Of a DNA stretch of 64,000 nucleotides, positions 26,765 through 38,180 are shown one piece after another. The stretch spans positions 147,748,001 through 147,812,000 of the forward strand of contig CM059432.1 of assembly GCA_030390025.1 (NCBI GenBank), in the 5' to 3' direction. The notes below the pieces were generated by a model. That model did no database searches. It was not told the origin of the DNA and was given only the letters and a program-made list of their open reading frames with translations. The DNA is from Squalus acanthias. Lineage: Eukaryota. Within the stretch, counting starts at the first letter, position 1. Each line of letters opens with the position of its first letter. The position numbers and the translations under genes are program-made.

Positions 26765-28994
26765 ATGGGGGGAGTGTTGGATGCGTTTGACAGCACGTCA
26801 GAAGAGGAAGACCATCACCATCCATGGCAGGGACAATGTGCTGTGGTGGGGTCAACATGTGCACAGGAGAAGGTCCACAGGCAGGAGATGAGAGGAGCAC
26901 AGGAGAGAGGGGGCACAGGAGAGAAGGGCACAGGAGAGAGGGGCACAGGAGAGAAGGGCACAGGAGAGAGGGGCACAGGAGGGAGGGGCACAGGAGAGAG
27001 TTGTACAGGAGGGAGGTGCACAGGAGAGAGGGCTCAGGAGAGAGGGGCACAGGAGAGAGGGGCACAGGAGGGAGGGGCACAGGAGGGAGGTGCACAGGAG
27101 GGAGGGGCACAGGAGAGAGGTGCTCAGGAGAGAGGGGCACAGGAGAGAGGGGCACAGGAGAGAGGGGCACAGGAGGGAGGGGCACAGGAGGGAGGGGCAC
27201 AGGAGGGAGGGGCACAGGAGAGAGGTGTACAGGAGGGAGGGGCACAGGAGGGAGGTGTACAGGAGGGGGGCACAGGAGAGAGGGGCACAGGAGGAGGGGC
27301 ACAGGAGGGAGGGGCACAGGAGAGAGGGGCACAGGAGAGAGGGGCACAGGAGGGAGGGGCACAGGAGGGAGGGGCACAGGAGAGAGGTGTGCAGGAGGGA
27401 GGGGCACAGGAGGGAGGTGCTCAGGAGAGAGGTGTACAGGAGGGAGGGGCACAGGAGAGAGGGGCACAGGAGAGAGGGGCACAGGAGAGAGGGGCACAGG
27501 AGAGAGGGGCACAGGAGAGAGGTGTACAGGAGGGGGGCACAGGAGAGAGGTGCTCAGGAGAGAGGGGCACAGGAGGGGGGGCACAGGTGGGAGGGGCACA
27601 GGAGAGAGGGGCACAGGAGAGAGGGGCACAGGAGAGCGGGGCACAGGAGAGCGGGGCACAGGAGAGCGGGGCACAGGAGGGAGGTGTACAGGAGGGGGGC
27701 ACAGGAGAGAGGTGCTCAGCAGAGAGGGGCACAGGAGAGTGGGGCACAGGAGGGAGGGGCACAGGAGGGAGGTGCTCAGGAGAGTGGGGCACAGGAGGGA
27801 GGTGCACAGGAGAGAGGTGTACAGGAGGGAGGTGGGCAGGAGGGAGGTGCACAGGAGGGAGGTGTACAGGAGAGAGGTGTACAGGGGGGAGGTGGGCAGG
27901 AGGGAGGGGCATAGGACGAAGGTGCACGGGAGAGGCAGAGGTCACAGGAGGCACTACCCATGTTACAAGGTTTACAGACATTGGCTCTGCTTCCTTGACA
28001 TCTCAGACGTGCAGTGCTTCCGCAGGCTGATGTTGTCACGTCAGGTGGTGGCAGACATTTGCAGCCTTCTACAGGAAGACCAGCCTCCTGCTGGGCCTGA
28101 TGGCCACGCAATACCAGTGGTTGTGAAAGTGACCACTGCCCTCAACATTTTTGCCTCCGGGTCCTTCCAGGGCACCACCAGAGACATATCCAGGATCTCC
28201 CAATTGGTTGCACATGAATGCATAAGGCAGGTGACTGATGAATTGTTTGCCAGGATCGAGAATTATCCAAATTTCATGTGTTGAAAATAGCCAGAATGAG
28301 CGGGCACCCGGATTCCCCTCGTGGCTGGATTCCCACAGGTACAGGGTGCCATCGACTGCACACACGAGGTGATCCAAGCACCATCATAGCAACCAGGAAT
28401 GTTCATAAACCGGAAGGGACACTCGTCCATCAGCGCACAGCTGCTGTGCAACCACAAGAAGAGGTCCATGCAGGTCTGCGGCCAGATATCCCGATGGCTG
28501 TCATGATGCCTTGATACTGCGGCGGTCCCACATACCAGACCTTTTTGTTGTGGGAAGCAGACTTAAGGGGTGGCTTGTAGGAAACAAGGGATACCCACTT
28601 CAAACTTGGGCTCAGGACACCTGTGAGGAACCCCACCAATGGGGCGCAGGAGCACCAGAGCCAGAGCCACATGACCACCAGGTGTGTCATCGAGTAGGCT
28701 ATCGGAATGTTGAAGATGCGCCTCAGGGGCCTGTGTAGGAGGTCTGGTAGCGCCCTTCCCTTCTCGCCAGGCAGGATGTCCAGATTGATAGCGGTGTGCT
28801 GCATCCTGCACAATTATTCACAGCGGAGACGATTGCAAGTGGAGGAGGACAAAAGGGCTCATTAGGCATCTTCGGATGAGGAGCACATAGTGGAGAATGA
28901 GGAAGAGGAATATGGGGCACCCATCGCCAGACCAGCTTTTTACATTGTTGCCCGGGATGCCAGGGATGCCCTAATATCGCAACGGTTCACCTAG
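26765..28994 (+). pseudogene. HARBI1-like DDE transposase, frameshifted, with N-terminal minisatellite expansion
   Basis: MGGVLDAF start; KVTTALNIFASGSFQ; GAIDCTH; CHDALIL; VGNKGYP; IGMLKMR; CCILHN. Confidence 0.9.
26870..27930. repeat. 15-bp purine-rich minisatellite (GCACAGGAGAGAGGG), roughly 70 units
   Basis: Direct tandem repeats with variant and 14-bp units. Confidence 0.95.
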
Positions 28995-29044
28995 TGTCAG
29001 ACATAAGAAATTAAATCCTTCAGTTCACTCCCACCACCAGAACC

Positions 29045-29305
29045 ACAGACCCCCCCCCACCCACACCAGACCCCCTCCCCTGCCCCCACCACCCCCCCCA
29101 CCAGACCCCCTCCCCTGCCCCCACCAGACCCCCTCCCCTGCCCCCACCAGACCCCCTCCCCTGCCCCCACCACCCCCCCCACCAGACCCCCTCCCCTGCC
29201 CCCACCACCCCCCCACCAGACCCCCTCCCCTGCCCCCACCACCCCCCCCCCACCAGACCCCCTCCCCTGCCCCACCACCCCCCCCACCAGACCCCCTCCC
29301 CCCGC
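29045..29305. repeat. C-rich minisatellite (CCACCAGACCCCCTCCCCTGCCCC..., 22-35-bp units)
   Basis: About 8 tandem units. Confidence 0.92.
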
Positions 29306-29840
29306 CCTCCCTTTGCACTAACAGACCTTTAAACACTCATCCGCCCATTGCGCATCTTCCCAATGGACCCAGTCATGTTATGACATTCATCATGAAACAA
29401 GTGAAAGGGCGAGTTGGCACTCGGGACTCAATAAGGGGCAAGATGTGGTGCTAATCAATAAATTTCATGTGCCATTTTAGAAAAAGGAAACTTAACAACA
29501 CAACATTTTGTCAAACACCCATATGCATGCCCTTGGAGAATTACAATTTCTTGAACTTACGCTGCTCAGATCCCTGTCTGACTGCTGAGATGCTTTTGGC
29601 CTCCGCCCTCCGGACTTTGGAGCCCTTGAGGACCCACCAAAGACTGCTCCAGGGCAGACTCGGCCATCAGGAGGGGAGGCAGCATGTTGGCTACTGGCTG
29701 TGGAGGGGGAGCAACGGCTGAGAAGTGGGAGTGCTTTGAGTGGAGTTCCCACTTCCATGTCCCCTTGCACCATCATCCCTTGGCCAACACCACATCACTC
29801 CTACCACTCTGCTACAGACCAGCTTGGTGGAGATCAGTGA

Positions 29841-32800
29841 CATAAGAACATAAGAACATAAGAAATAGGAGCAGGAGTAGGCCAATCGGCCCCTCGAGCC
29901 TGCTCCGCCATTCAATAAGATCATGGCTGATCTGATCCTAACCGCCAATCTACTATCTATCACAGAACCATCTCCTGCATCTAACAGAATTGCACACACG
30001 AAATAGGAGCAGAATCAGGCTACACAGTCCCTGGGCCCGCTCCACTACCCACAGGGCCATGACCGATCCGAACCTAGACTCATGTCCAAATTCCTGCCCG
30101 CTCCCCGTAACCCTTAATGCCCTTTACTTCTAGGAAACTGTCTATTTCTGTTTTAAATTTAATTAATGTTGTAGCTTCTACAGCTTTTTGTGGCAGCATA
30201 TTCCATGGACCTACCACCCTCTGAGTGAAGTAGTTCCTCCTCATCTCAGTTTTGAAAGAGCAGCCCCTTATTCTAAGACTATGTCCCCTAGTTCTCGTCT
30301 CACCCGTCATCGGGAACATCCTCCCCGCATCCACCCGATCCAACCCCTTCACAATCTTATATGTTTCAATAAGATCGCCTCTCATTCTTCTGAACTCCAA
30401 TGAGTAGAGTCCCAATCTACCCAACCTCTCCTCATATGACCACCCCCTCATCCCCGGGATTAACCGAGTGAACCTTTTTTGCACTGCCTCGAGAGCAAGG
30501 ATGTCTTTCCTTAAGTAAGGACACCAAAACTGTATGCAGTATTCCAGGTGCGGTCTCACCAATACCTTGTACAACTGAAGCAATACCTCCCTATTTTTAT
30601 ATTCTATCCCCCTAGCAATGAAAGCCAACATTCCATTTGCCTTCTTAATCACTTGCTGCACCTGCATACTAACCTTTTGAGTTTCGTGCACCAGGACCCC
30701 CAGATCCCTTTGCACTTCAGTACTCTCCAGTTTCTTGCCATTAAGATAATAAATTGCTCTAGGATTTTTCCTGCCAAAGTGCATCACCTCACACTTTCCA
30801 GTGTTGTATTCCATCTGCCAAATCTCTGCCCACTTACTTAGCCTGTCTATGTCCCCTTGCAGGTTTTTTATGTCCTCCTCACTCACTACTTTCCCTCCCA
30901 TCTTTGTATCATCTGCAAATTTTGATATGTTACACTTGGTCCCTTCCTCCAAATCGTTAATATAGATTGTGAAGAGTTGGGGACCCAGCACTGACCCCTG
31001 TGGAACACCACTAGTTACTGATTGCCAGTCTGAGAATGAACCATTTATCCCAACTCTTTGCTTTCTGTTAGATAGCCAATCCTCTATCCATGCCAGAATA
31101 TTACCCCCATCCCGTGATTTTTTACCTTAAGCAATAATCTTTTGTGTGGCACCTTGTCAAATGCCTTTTGGAAGTCTAAATACACTACGTCCACTGGTTC
31201 CCCTTTATCCACTCTATATGTTACTTCCTCAAAGAACTCCAGCAAATTTGTCAAACATGACTTCCCCTTCGTAAAACCATGCTGACTTTGTCCTATTAAA
31301 TTATGATTATCCAAATGTCCTGTTACTGTTTCCTTAATAATGGACTCCAAAATTTTACCTACCACAGATGTTAGGCTAACCGGTCTATAGTTACCAGCCT
31401 TCTGTCTACTGCCCTTTTTAAATAAGGGTGTTACATTAGCAGTTTTCCAGTCTGCCGGGACCTTAGCGGAATCCAGGGAGTTTTGAAAAATTATTACCAA
31501 TGCATCTACAATCCCTACCGCCACTTCCTTCAAGACTCTAGGATGTAAGCCATCAGGTCCAGGTGATTTATCCGCCTTGAGTCCCATTATTTTACCGAGT
31601 ACCACTTCCTTAGTGATTTTGATCGTGTTTAGCTCCTCTCCCCCTATAGCCCCCTGTTTGTCCAGTGTTGGGATATTCTTAGTGTCCTCTACTGTAAAGA
31701 CTGATACAAAATATTCATTCAGTGTTTTTGCCATCTCCATATTTCCCACCATTAATTTCCCGGTCTCATCCTCTAAGGGACCAACATTTACTTTAGCCAC
31801 CCTTTTTCTTTTTATATAACTATAAAAACTCTTACTATCTGTTTTTATATTTTTTGCTAATTTACTTTCATAATCTATCTTCCCTTTCTTAATCAATCTT
31901 TTTGTTATTTTTTGCTGCCTTTTAAAGTTTTCCCAATCCTCTGTCCTCCCACTAGATTTCGCTACCTTATATGCCCTTGTTTTTAGTCGAATACTATCCT
32001 TAATTTCTTTACTTAGCCACGGATGACTGTCCTTTCTTTTACACCCTTTTCTTTTCAGTGGAATATATTTTTTTTGGAAGTTGTAAAATAACTCCTTGAA
32101 TGTACACCACTGATCATGTGTCGTCTTACCCTTTAATCTATTTTCCCAATCCACTCTACTCAATTCCGCTCGCATACCTTCATAGTCTCCTTTATTCAAG
32201 CTTAGCACGCTTGTTTGAGATCCAACCTTCTCACCCTCTAATTGAATATGGAATTCAACCATGTTATGGTCACTCATTCCAAGGGGATCCTTTACTAGGA
32301 CATTTTTAATTAATCCTGTCTCGTTACACAGGACCAGATCTAAGGTTGCTTGCCCCCTGGTCGGTTCAGTTACATACTGCTCAAGAAACCCATCCCTAAT
32401 ACACTCAATGAACTCATCCTCAAGGCAGCCCTGCCCCATTTGATTTGTCCAATTAATATGATAGTTAAAATCCCCCATAATTATAGATGTTCCCTTATTA
32501 CATGCCTCAACTATTTCCTGATTGATACTCCGTCCAATAGAGTTGCAACTGTTCGGAGGCCTATAGACTACGCCCACTAATGTTTTTTTCCCCTTATTAT
32601 TCCTTATCTCCACCCAAACTGTTTCATTATCATGATTTTTTGACCCAATATCATTACTCTGTATTACAGTGATTCCTTCCTTTATTAACATAGCCACCCC
32701 ACCTCCCCTTCCTTCCTGCCTGTCCTTCCTGATCGTTAAATAACCTGGTATGTTTAATTCCCAGGCATTGTCACCCTGCAGCCATGTTTCTGTAATGGCC

Positions 32801-33256
32801 ACAATATCATAACCATATGTAGTTATTTGTGCCATTAACTCGTCTATTTTGTTACGAATGCTACGTGCATTCAGATAGAGAACTTTCAAATATGCTTTGT
32901 GGCACTTAGTTCCTGCTTTTTCACTTTTTACCAGTTTACCTTTTACTCCACACACTCTGTCCCTTCCTGCCACGCTCTGATTTGTGATTCCCCTACTGCT
33001 ACCTATGTCTATGACCCTCTCTGTTGTCATTTTTATTTTTTGCTCTCTTGAAACCTCCCCCCCACTAATTAGTTTAAAGCCCTCTCCACAGCCCTAGTTA
33101 TTCGATTCGCCAGGACACTAGTCCCAGCACTGGCCAAGTGAAGTCCGTCCCAACGGAACAGCTCTCTCCTGCCCCAGTACTGGTGCCAGTGTCCCAAGAA
33201 GCAAAACCCATTTTTCCCACACCAGTCTTTGAGCCACATTGAAAGGACACACATAA
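29841..33256 (-). mobile_element. CR1 LINE: ORF1 3' end, complete ORF2 with one frameshift, tail
   Basis: ORF1 end DGLHL...RALN* (33069); ORF2 31084-33030 and 30080-30991; (TTCTTATG)3 tail; ACATAAG at both junctions. Confidence 0.95.
30080..33078 (-). pseudogene. CR1 ORF2 (APE endonuclease + RT), single frameshift at ~31105
   Basis: YLNARS, AITETW, GDFN, SDH, LDFQKAFD, FADD. Confidence 0.93.
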
Positions 33257-33259
33257 GGT

Positions 33260-33836
33260 ATCTGTCATCCTGTTTAAGGCAGCAGACAAGTTGGCATCCA
33301 AAGTCTACACGGCCGTGTTCATGGCCTGCATGGACTCATTGAGAGCCGTGTGTGAAGCTCCAGAGAGGCGGACTCTCTCCTCATGGCAGACATTCTCACA
33401 ATTTGCCGCGCCACCAGTCCACTAACGATTGAGTTGGACTCCTCCATTCTCTCTGCTCTTGTAGAGAGCATGCGTAGCATTGTCTGTCGGCACTTGTCTA
33501 AGTTGCTGATGCACCTCGAGCATTCTCCCTCTCAACAATAGTCCCCGGGGTTCAGCATCTGTGTCCAGGTGAGCAGAGTTTGGAGAGGATTGCGCCCCCT
33601 GACACGGACTCGCCGCTGCTGTCCCTGCCACCAGTGTCAGCTCGTGCTCACCTGTGAGGTGTGAATCGCCAGGTGAAAACCCAACAAACTCTCTAAGTGG
33701 ACCCACCGAAGTGTGAGTATCTGTGCTGGTGCGTGGCTGAAGGTCCCGTGAAGGCGCACCCTCAGACGGAGTGAAGTCCTCTGAGGAATCATCCTCATGG
33801 ATGTCCTGCGACACTTGCTGTACGTGTGAATGCTCT
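33260..33836 (-). pseudogene. Harbinger Myb gene exon 3 (continues below 29840)
   Basis: TTTTGTCTTCCAG acceptor then HSHVQQVSQDIHEDDSSED. Confidence 0.7.
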
Positions 33837-33894
33837 GGAAGACAAAAGAAAGGGATATGATTTAGTTGTGGAAAGTCATAATCTTGACAATCAC

Positions 33895-34088
33895 TGTCGT
33901 AAGAATGAGCCTTACACGTGGTGAACTTAAAGTAAGCTTTAATCAACTAAAAAGGTGCTACATACAAAAGAGGTCTTACTCTATGCCTCTCCAGGATCCA
34001 ACTAATCAGCCCAGTATTTATCCTGGACTAATCACAGGAAGTGATGCAATAAAGTTCGAGTCACAGGAAGCTGTATTGTGTTACCACA
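33895..34088 (-). repeat. 3' LTR
   Basis: TGTGGTAA...TTACGACA on - strand; preceded by PPT GCGGGGGGAGAA. Confidence 0.95.
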
Positions 34089-34151
34089 TTCTCCCCCCGC
34101 AAAAGATTAGGAGGCCGGGATGAAGTTCGAGTCACAGGAAGCTGTATTGTG

Positions 34152-37100
34152 TTACCACATTCTCCCTCCATTTCGTAGCCGCTGGACGAGGGAGAGCCGC
34201 ACCCGTTTGGGTTCTCGTAGCGGTAGAGGGCCCCTAGCCCGTTTACCCGCCGCGGGCCGTGGACCAGAGTCCGAGTGATCCAGCCCGCTCTGTGAGGGGT
34301 CAGGACGATCCTGACTGTGTACTGGTGCCCGAACGGGTGTCGGGCAGGGCTGTGGCAGATCCGTTTCCGAGCGTACGGTACGGGGTGGATCGTGGCTGCG
34401 CGTGCGAGCCCCGACGGGCTCATAGTCAGTCTGCCCCAGGTCGGCACGCTGGAGTGAGGTACCAGCCGGCGTCAGATCCAGATCGTGATGAGAGGCACCT
34501 GGCGAGCCCAGAGATGTGCCTGGTACAATATCATCCCCTGGTGTCCCTCTATGTTTCGGCGGGCAGGGAGCCAGATCCCGCAATGACACGGTAGATTCCC
34601 GACTGTCAGGATACCGAATATAGGCGTAGGTAGGGTTGACGTCAGTGAGCTCAACCTCATCTACCAGGGGGTCATTCTTAGACGCCCGAACATATCTTCG
34701 GAGTAGCACTGGTCCCGGTGCAGTCAGCCACGACGGGAGAGATATCCCATAGGATGAGCGACGCTGAAATCGGAAGAACCGTTCATGAGGCGTCGTATTT
34801 GTGGCGGTCGAAAGGAGGGACCGTGTGGAGTGTAATGCGTCTGGAAGTACTGCTTCCCATTGCTGGTTGGGTAGGCCCCGAGATCTCAAAGCCAGACGTA
34901 CCGCATTCCAGATGATAGCGTTAAAACGCTCGACTTGCCCATTCCCGACCGGATGATAAGGCGTCGTTCTGCTGGCAGCAATACCCCGTTCCGAGAGATA
35001 GGCCTTGAGTTCTCCTGACATAAAAGACGGGCCCCGATCCGAATGAACATAGGATGCCATGCCACAGAAAGCAAATACCTGCTCAAGGCAGCTGATAACC
35101 GTGGTCGTCAGCATATTGGGGCAGGGAAAGGCAAACGGAAAACGGGAATACTCATCGACCATGGTCAATAGATAAGTGTTGCGAGTTGAAGAGGGCAACG
35201 GCCCCTTAAAATCGATGCTAAGCCGTTGCATTGGCTGGGTCGCATGTATGAGTATACCACCCGAGGGGCGGAAAAACTGAGGTTTCAATTCCGCACAGAC
35301 TCTGCAGTCCGAGCACATCTTCTTTACATCCCCGGTAGAGAATGGGAGATTTCGGGACCGCACGAAGTGTAGCATGCGAGTAACGCCCGGATGACACAAC
35401 CCATCATGGATGTCTACGAGCGTAGAGGGTGCCATGGCGGAGCAGAATGCTTGTGTGAGGGTATCCGGAGCCACATTCTCCTTGACAGGTCGATAGTGGA
35501 TGGTGTAACCAAAAGAGGCCAATTCCAGCCGCCAAAGCTGGATTTTATTATTTTTAATTTTGGTCCGTTTTCGATTATCGAGCATGAAGGCGACCGATCG
35601 CTGGTCCGTGATTAAGGTAAAGTGCTGGCGAGCTAGGAGATGAGTCCACTTCCGTACTGCCTCTATGATGGCTGTAGCTTCTTTCTCGACTGGAGGATAA
35701 TGTAGCTCAGCCCCTTGAAAAGTCCTGGACAAAAATGCCACCGGACGACCTTCCTGATTCAGAGTGGCCGAGATCGCCACCTCCGAGGCATCACACTCAA
35801 CAACAAAAGGAAGACTCTCATCGATGGAGTGAAGAGCCGCTTTCTCCAACTGTTTTTTCAGGAGGTTAAAGGCTGCAACAGCCGCTGTGTCTAGTGGGAA
35901 TGTGCTGGCCTTCAGTAGAGGTTGGATTCGGTCCGAGAAGTTAGGAATCCATTTAGCATAGTATGCAAACAGGCCGAGGGCCCGGCGCAAGGAGGCCAGA
36001 TTCTTAGGTGGCGGGAGTTCTTGGAGTGGGCGAAGCCTTTCAGGGTCAGGTTTAATGATGCCATTGCCCACACAATAGCCAAGGATGTTGATGGTTGGTT
36101 GTGACTCAATGGATTTAGCCGCATTTAATGTCAAATTACGGTGCTGGAGTGCATCCCAAAATCGTTGGAGATTGGCGTCATGTTCCCGCTGATTGCGACC
36201 TGCAACAGTAATATTGTCCAGATAAGGAAACGTATCCTTTAAGTCTTCCTGTTTGACCAGGTCATCCATTGCTCGCTGGAAGACAGCCACTCCATTAGTG
36301 ACCCCAAAGGGGAGGCGACGAAATTGATACAGCCGTCCATTGGCTTCAAAGGCCGTATACTGCTTGTCTGAGACCTTCAAGGGTACCTGATGATAGGCAC
36401 TTTTCAGATCATATGTTGAGAACACCGTGTACTCAGCCAGTTTATTAACCATATCATCGATGCGCGGCAATGGGTATGCGTCCAAGTCCGTATATTGATT
36501 GATGGTCTGTGAATAGTCAATGCACAGCCGTTTCTTGTGAGGTTGTAGAGGGTTCTTAACAATAACGACCTGGGCGCGCCATGGCGACGAACAAGGCTCG
36601 ATGATATCCTCTGCTAAAAGCCGAGAAATCTCAGCCGCAATAAAAGACTGGTCTTCCTGACTGAAACGTCGTGACTTTGTTATAATCGGTTTGCATCGAG
36701 GAGGGATACTGGTAAACAGTGAGGGTTCATCCAGTGAAGCTGCTGACAATGCACAGAACGGTAATCGAGGTCGTATATTAGAAATAGTGAGTTCAGGTTT
36801 GGATCCGCCGAACTCAATGGTGAGCTTCTTATGCTGCTTTTGAAAATCTAGCCCTAAGATAAGATCACTACATAAGTCCTTGAGCACCGAAAGCCGGGTG
36901 GAGGGATACCTGTGACCATTAAGTGTTATTTCAACCATACAAAAGCCAGAAATTCTGGTATTAAGTGATGACTGAGCCATCGCAATTGCCTGGTCCGATG
37001 GGAAAACATGTAGCTTTAACTCTGCAACAATCTGTTCCCTAATGAAACTATCAGTGCTACCTGAGTCAATTAAGGCATCTAAAGTATGTCCATTAATTGA

Positions 37101-38102
37101 TGCTTTTGTAGCTGCATGGAATAGGTTCTGAGGACAAGCAGCTGTAATTGGTGTCGTTGCACAAAGAGTGGCTGAAACTCTAGGTGTGTTTCTTCGAGAG
37201 AAAACCCGAGAGGAAGCACGATAGATTTTAGCCGGAACATCTTGATAGGCCCTTACCGGGGCAGTTCGGTAGGACTTAGCTTGATAAGCCCTCGTAGAGG
37301 CTCTTGATAGGCAAACCTTTGCAAAATGACCCTTTTTGTTGCAATGACTGCAAAACGCATTGCGAGCAGGGCAGAATTTCCGAGGGTGAAACTCATCACC
37401 ACAAAAGAAGCATTTCTTAGATTGCCAAGAGGCTGCCACAGTGGGGTCATCATCCTCTTCATCAGTGAAGTCATCAGATTGATCGTCAGGGATAAAGTCC
37501 TCCCTAATAGAGTTAACCTGTGGCCTCTTAAATTGCCTGACTGTAGTTAAGGCAGCAGACCGAGGTCTGGGCACTGTATAAAGGTCTGCATTTCTTTTTG
37601 CCAGATCAAGAGAGCAAGCCATGTCATAAGCTCTCTGAAGCTCAAGTGTCTTACTTTCCAGTAGACGCTGGCGTATAAATGGGGAGGCAAGCCCGCAGAT
37701 GAAAGCATCACGGATCATTTCTTCACGGTACAGCTCAGCTGAGGCCGCCTGAAAGTTACAGTCCATACTAAGTCTGCGAAGCTCTTGGAGGAATTTATCA
37801 ATGGATTCCTCCGGCCCTTGTTGGGCTGTAGCTAGTAGATGTCTGGCATAGACCTCATTCGGTGTCTTAGTATATAGTCTTTTAAGCGTCCGAATTGCCT
37901 CCTCGTAACTGCCCCATTCCTCGACATACTGAAATACATTCGGGGTGACACAGTTGATGAGTATCCGCAATTTTGAGTCATCATCAGCCTTGCAATATTC
38001 GAGAAAATTGTCAAACGTGCGATACCAGTGTTTCCACACCTTACCGGCTGCTGGGGTGTTTGGGTCCAAGTCAAGACGCGATGGTTTAAGGATGTTTTCC
38101 AT
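34152..38102 (-). CDS. Gag-Pol polyprotein, 1316 aa (Gag with twin Zn knuckles, PR, RT, RNase H, integrase)
   Basis: CFFCGDEFHPRKFC/CSHCNKKGHFAKVC; LIDSGST; LCIDY, DLKSAYHQ, LPFG, YLDN; ECDAS; HHCC; IDFKGP/SDRG/GQVER; Gypsy domain order. Confidence 0.97.
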   Translation of the reverse strand: MENILKPSRLDLDPNTPAAGKVWKHWYRTFDNFLEYCKADDDSKLRILINCVTPNVFQYVEEWGSYEEAIRTLKRLYTKTPNEVYARHLLATAQQGPEESIDKFLQELRRLSMDCNFQAASAELYREEMIRDAFICGLASPFIRQRLLESKTLELQRAYDMACSLDLAKRNADLYTVPRPRSAALTTVRQFKRPQVNSIREDFIPDDQSDDFTDEEDDDPTVAASWQSKKCFFCGDEFHPRKFCPARNAFCSHCNKKGHFAKVCLSRASTRAYQAKSYRTAPVRAYQDVPAKIYRASSRVFSRRNTPRVSATLCATTPITAACPQNLFHAATKASINGHTLDALIDSGSTDSFIREQIVAELKLHVFPSDQAIAMAQSSLNTRISGFCMVEITLNGHRYPSTRLSVLKDLCSDLILGLDFQKQHKKLTIEFGGSKPELTISNIRPRLPFCALSAASLDEPSLFTSIPPRCKPIITKSRRFSQEDQSFIAAEISRLLAEDIIEPCSSPWRAQVVIVKNPLQPHKKRLCIDYSQTINQYTDLDAYPLPRIDDMVNKLAEYTVFSTYDLKSAYHQVPLKVSDKQYTAFEANGRLYQFRRLPFGVTNGVAVFQRAMDDLVKQEDLKDTFPYLDNITVAGRNQREHDANLQRFWDALQHRNLTLNAAKSIESQPTINILGYCVGNGIIKPDPERLRPLQELPPPKNLASLRRALGLFAYYAKWIPNFSDRIQPLLKASTFPLDTAAVAAFNLLKKQLEKAALHSIDESLPFVVECDASEVAISATLNQEGRPVAFLSRTFQGAELHYPPVEKEATAIIEAVRKWTHLLARQHFTLITDQRSVAFMLDNRKRTKIKNNKIQLWRLELASFGYTIHYRPVKENVAPDTLTQAFCSAMAPSTLVDIHDGLCHPGVTRMLHFVRSRNLPFSTGDVKKMCSDCRVCAELKPQFFRPSGGILIHATQPMQRLSIDFKGPLPSSTRNTYLLTMVDEYSRFPFAFPCPNMLTTTVISCLEQVFAFCGMASYVHSDRGPSFMSGELKAYLSERGIAASRTTPYHPVGNGQVERFNAIIWNAVRLALRSRGLPNQQWEAVLPDALHSTRSLLSTATNTTPHERFFRFQRRSSYGISLPSWLTAPGPVLLRRYVRASKNDPLVDEVELTDVNPTYAYIRYPDSRESTVSLRDLAPCPPKHRGTPGDDIVPGTSLGSPGASHHDLDLTPAGTSLQRADLGQTDYEPVGARTRSHDPPRTVRSETDLPQPCPTPVRAPVHSQDRPDPSQSGLDHSDSGPRPAAGKRARGPLPLREPKRVRLSLVQRLRNGGRMW

Positions 38103-38180
38103 GATGGGTGATTCCCTGGATCCTTAGTTCCGAGTTCGTCCAAAAAGTTTGAGTGCGAAGTTTTTCAAAGTTGATTAAAT

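Noticed and set aside
26555..28284. Long repetitive ORFs (491, 486, 304, 274 aa) as real repeat proteins
   Set aside because: By-products of a stop-free minisatellite inside a frameshifted transposase pseudogene
28997..29336. Glycine-rich ORFs
   Set aside because: Translation of the G-rich minisatellite
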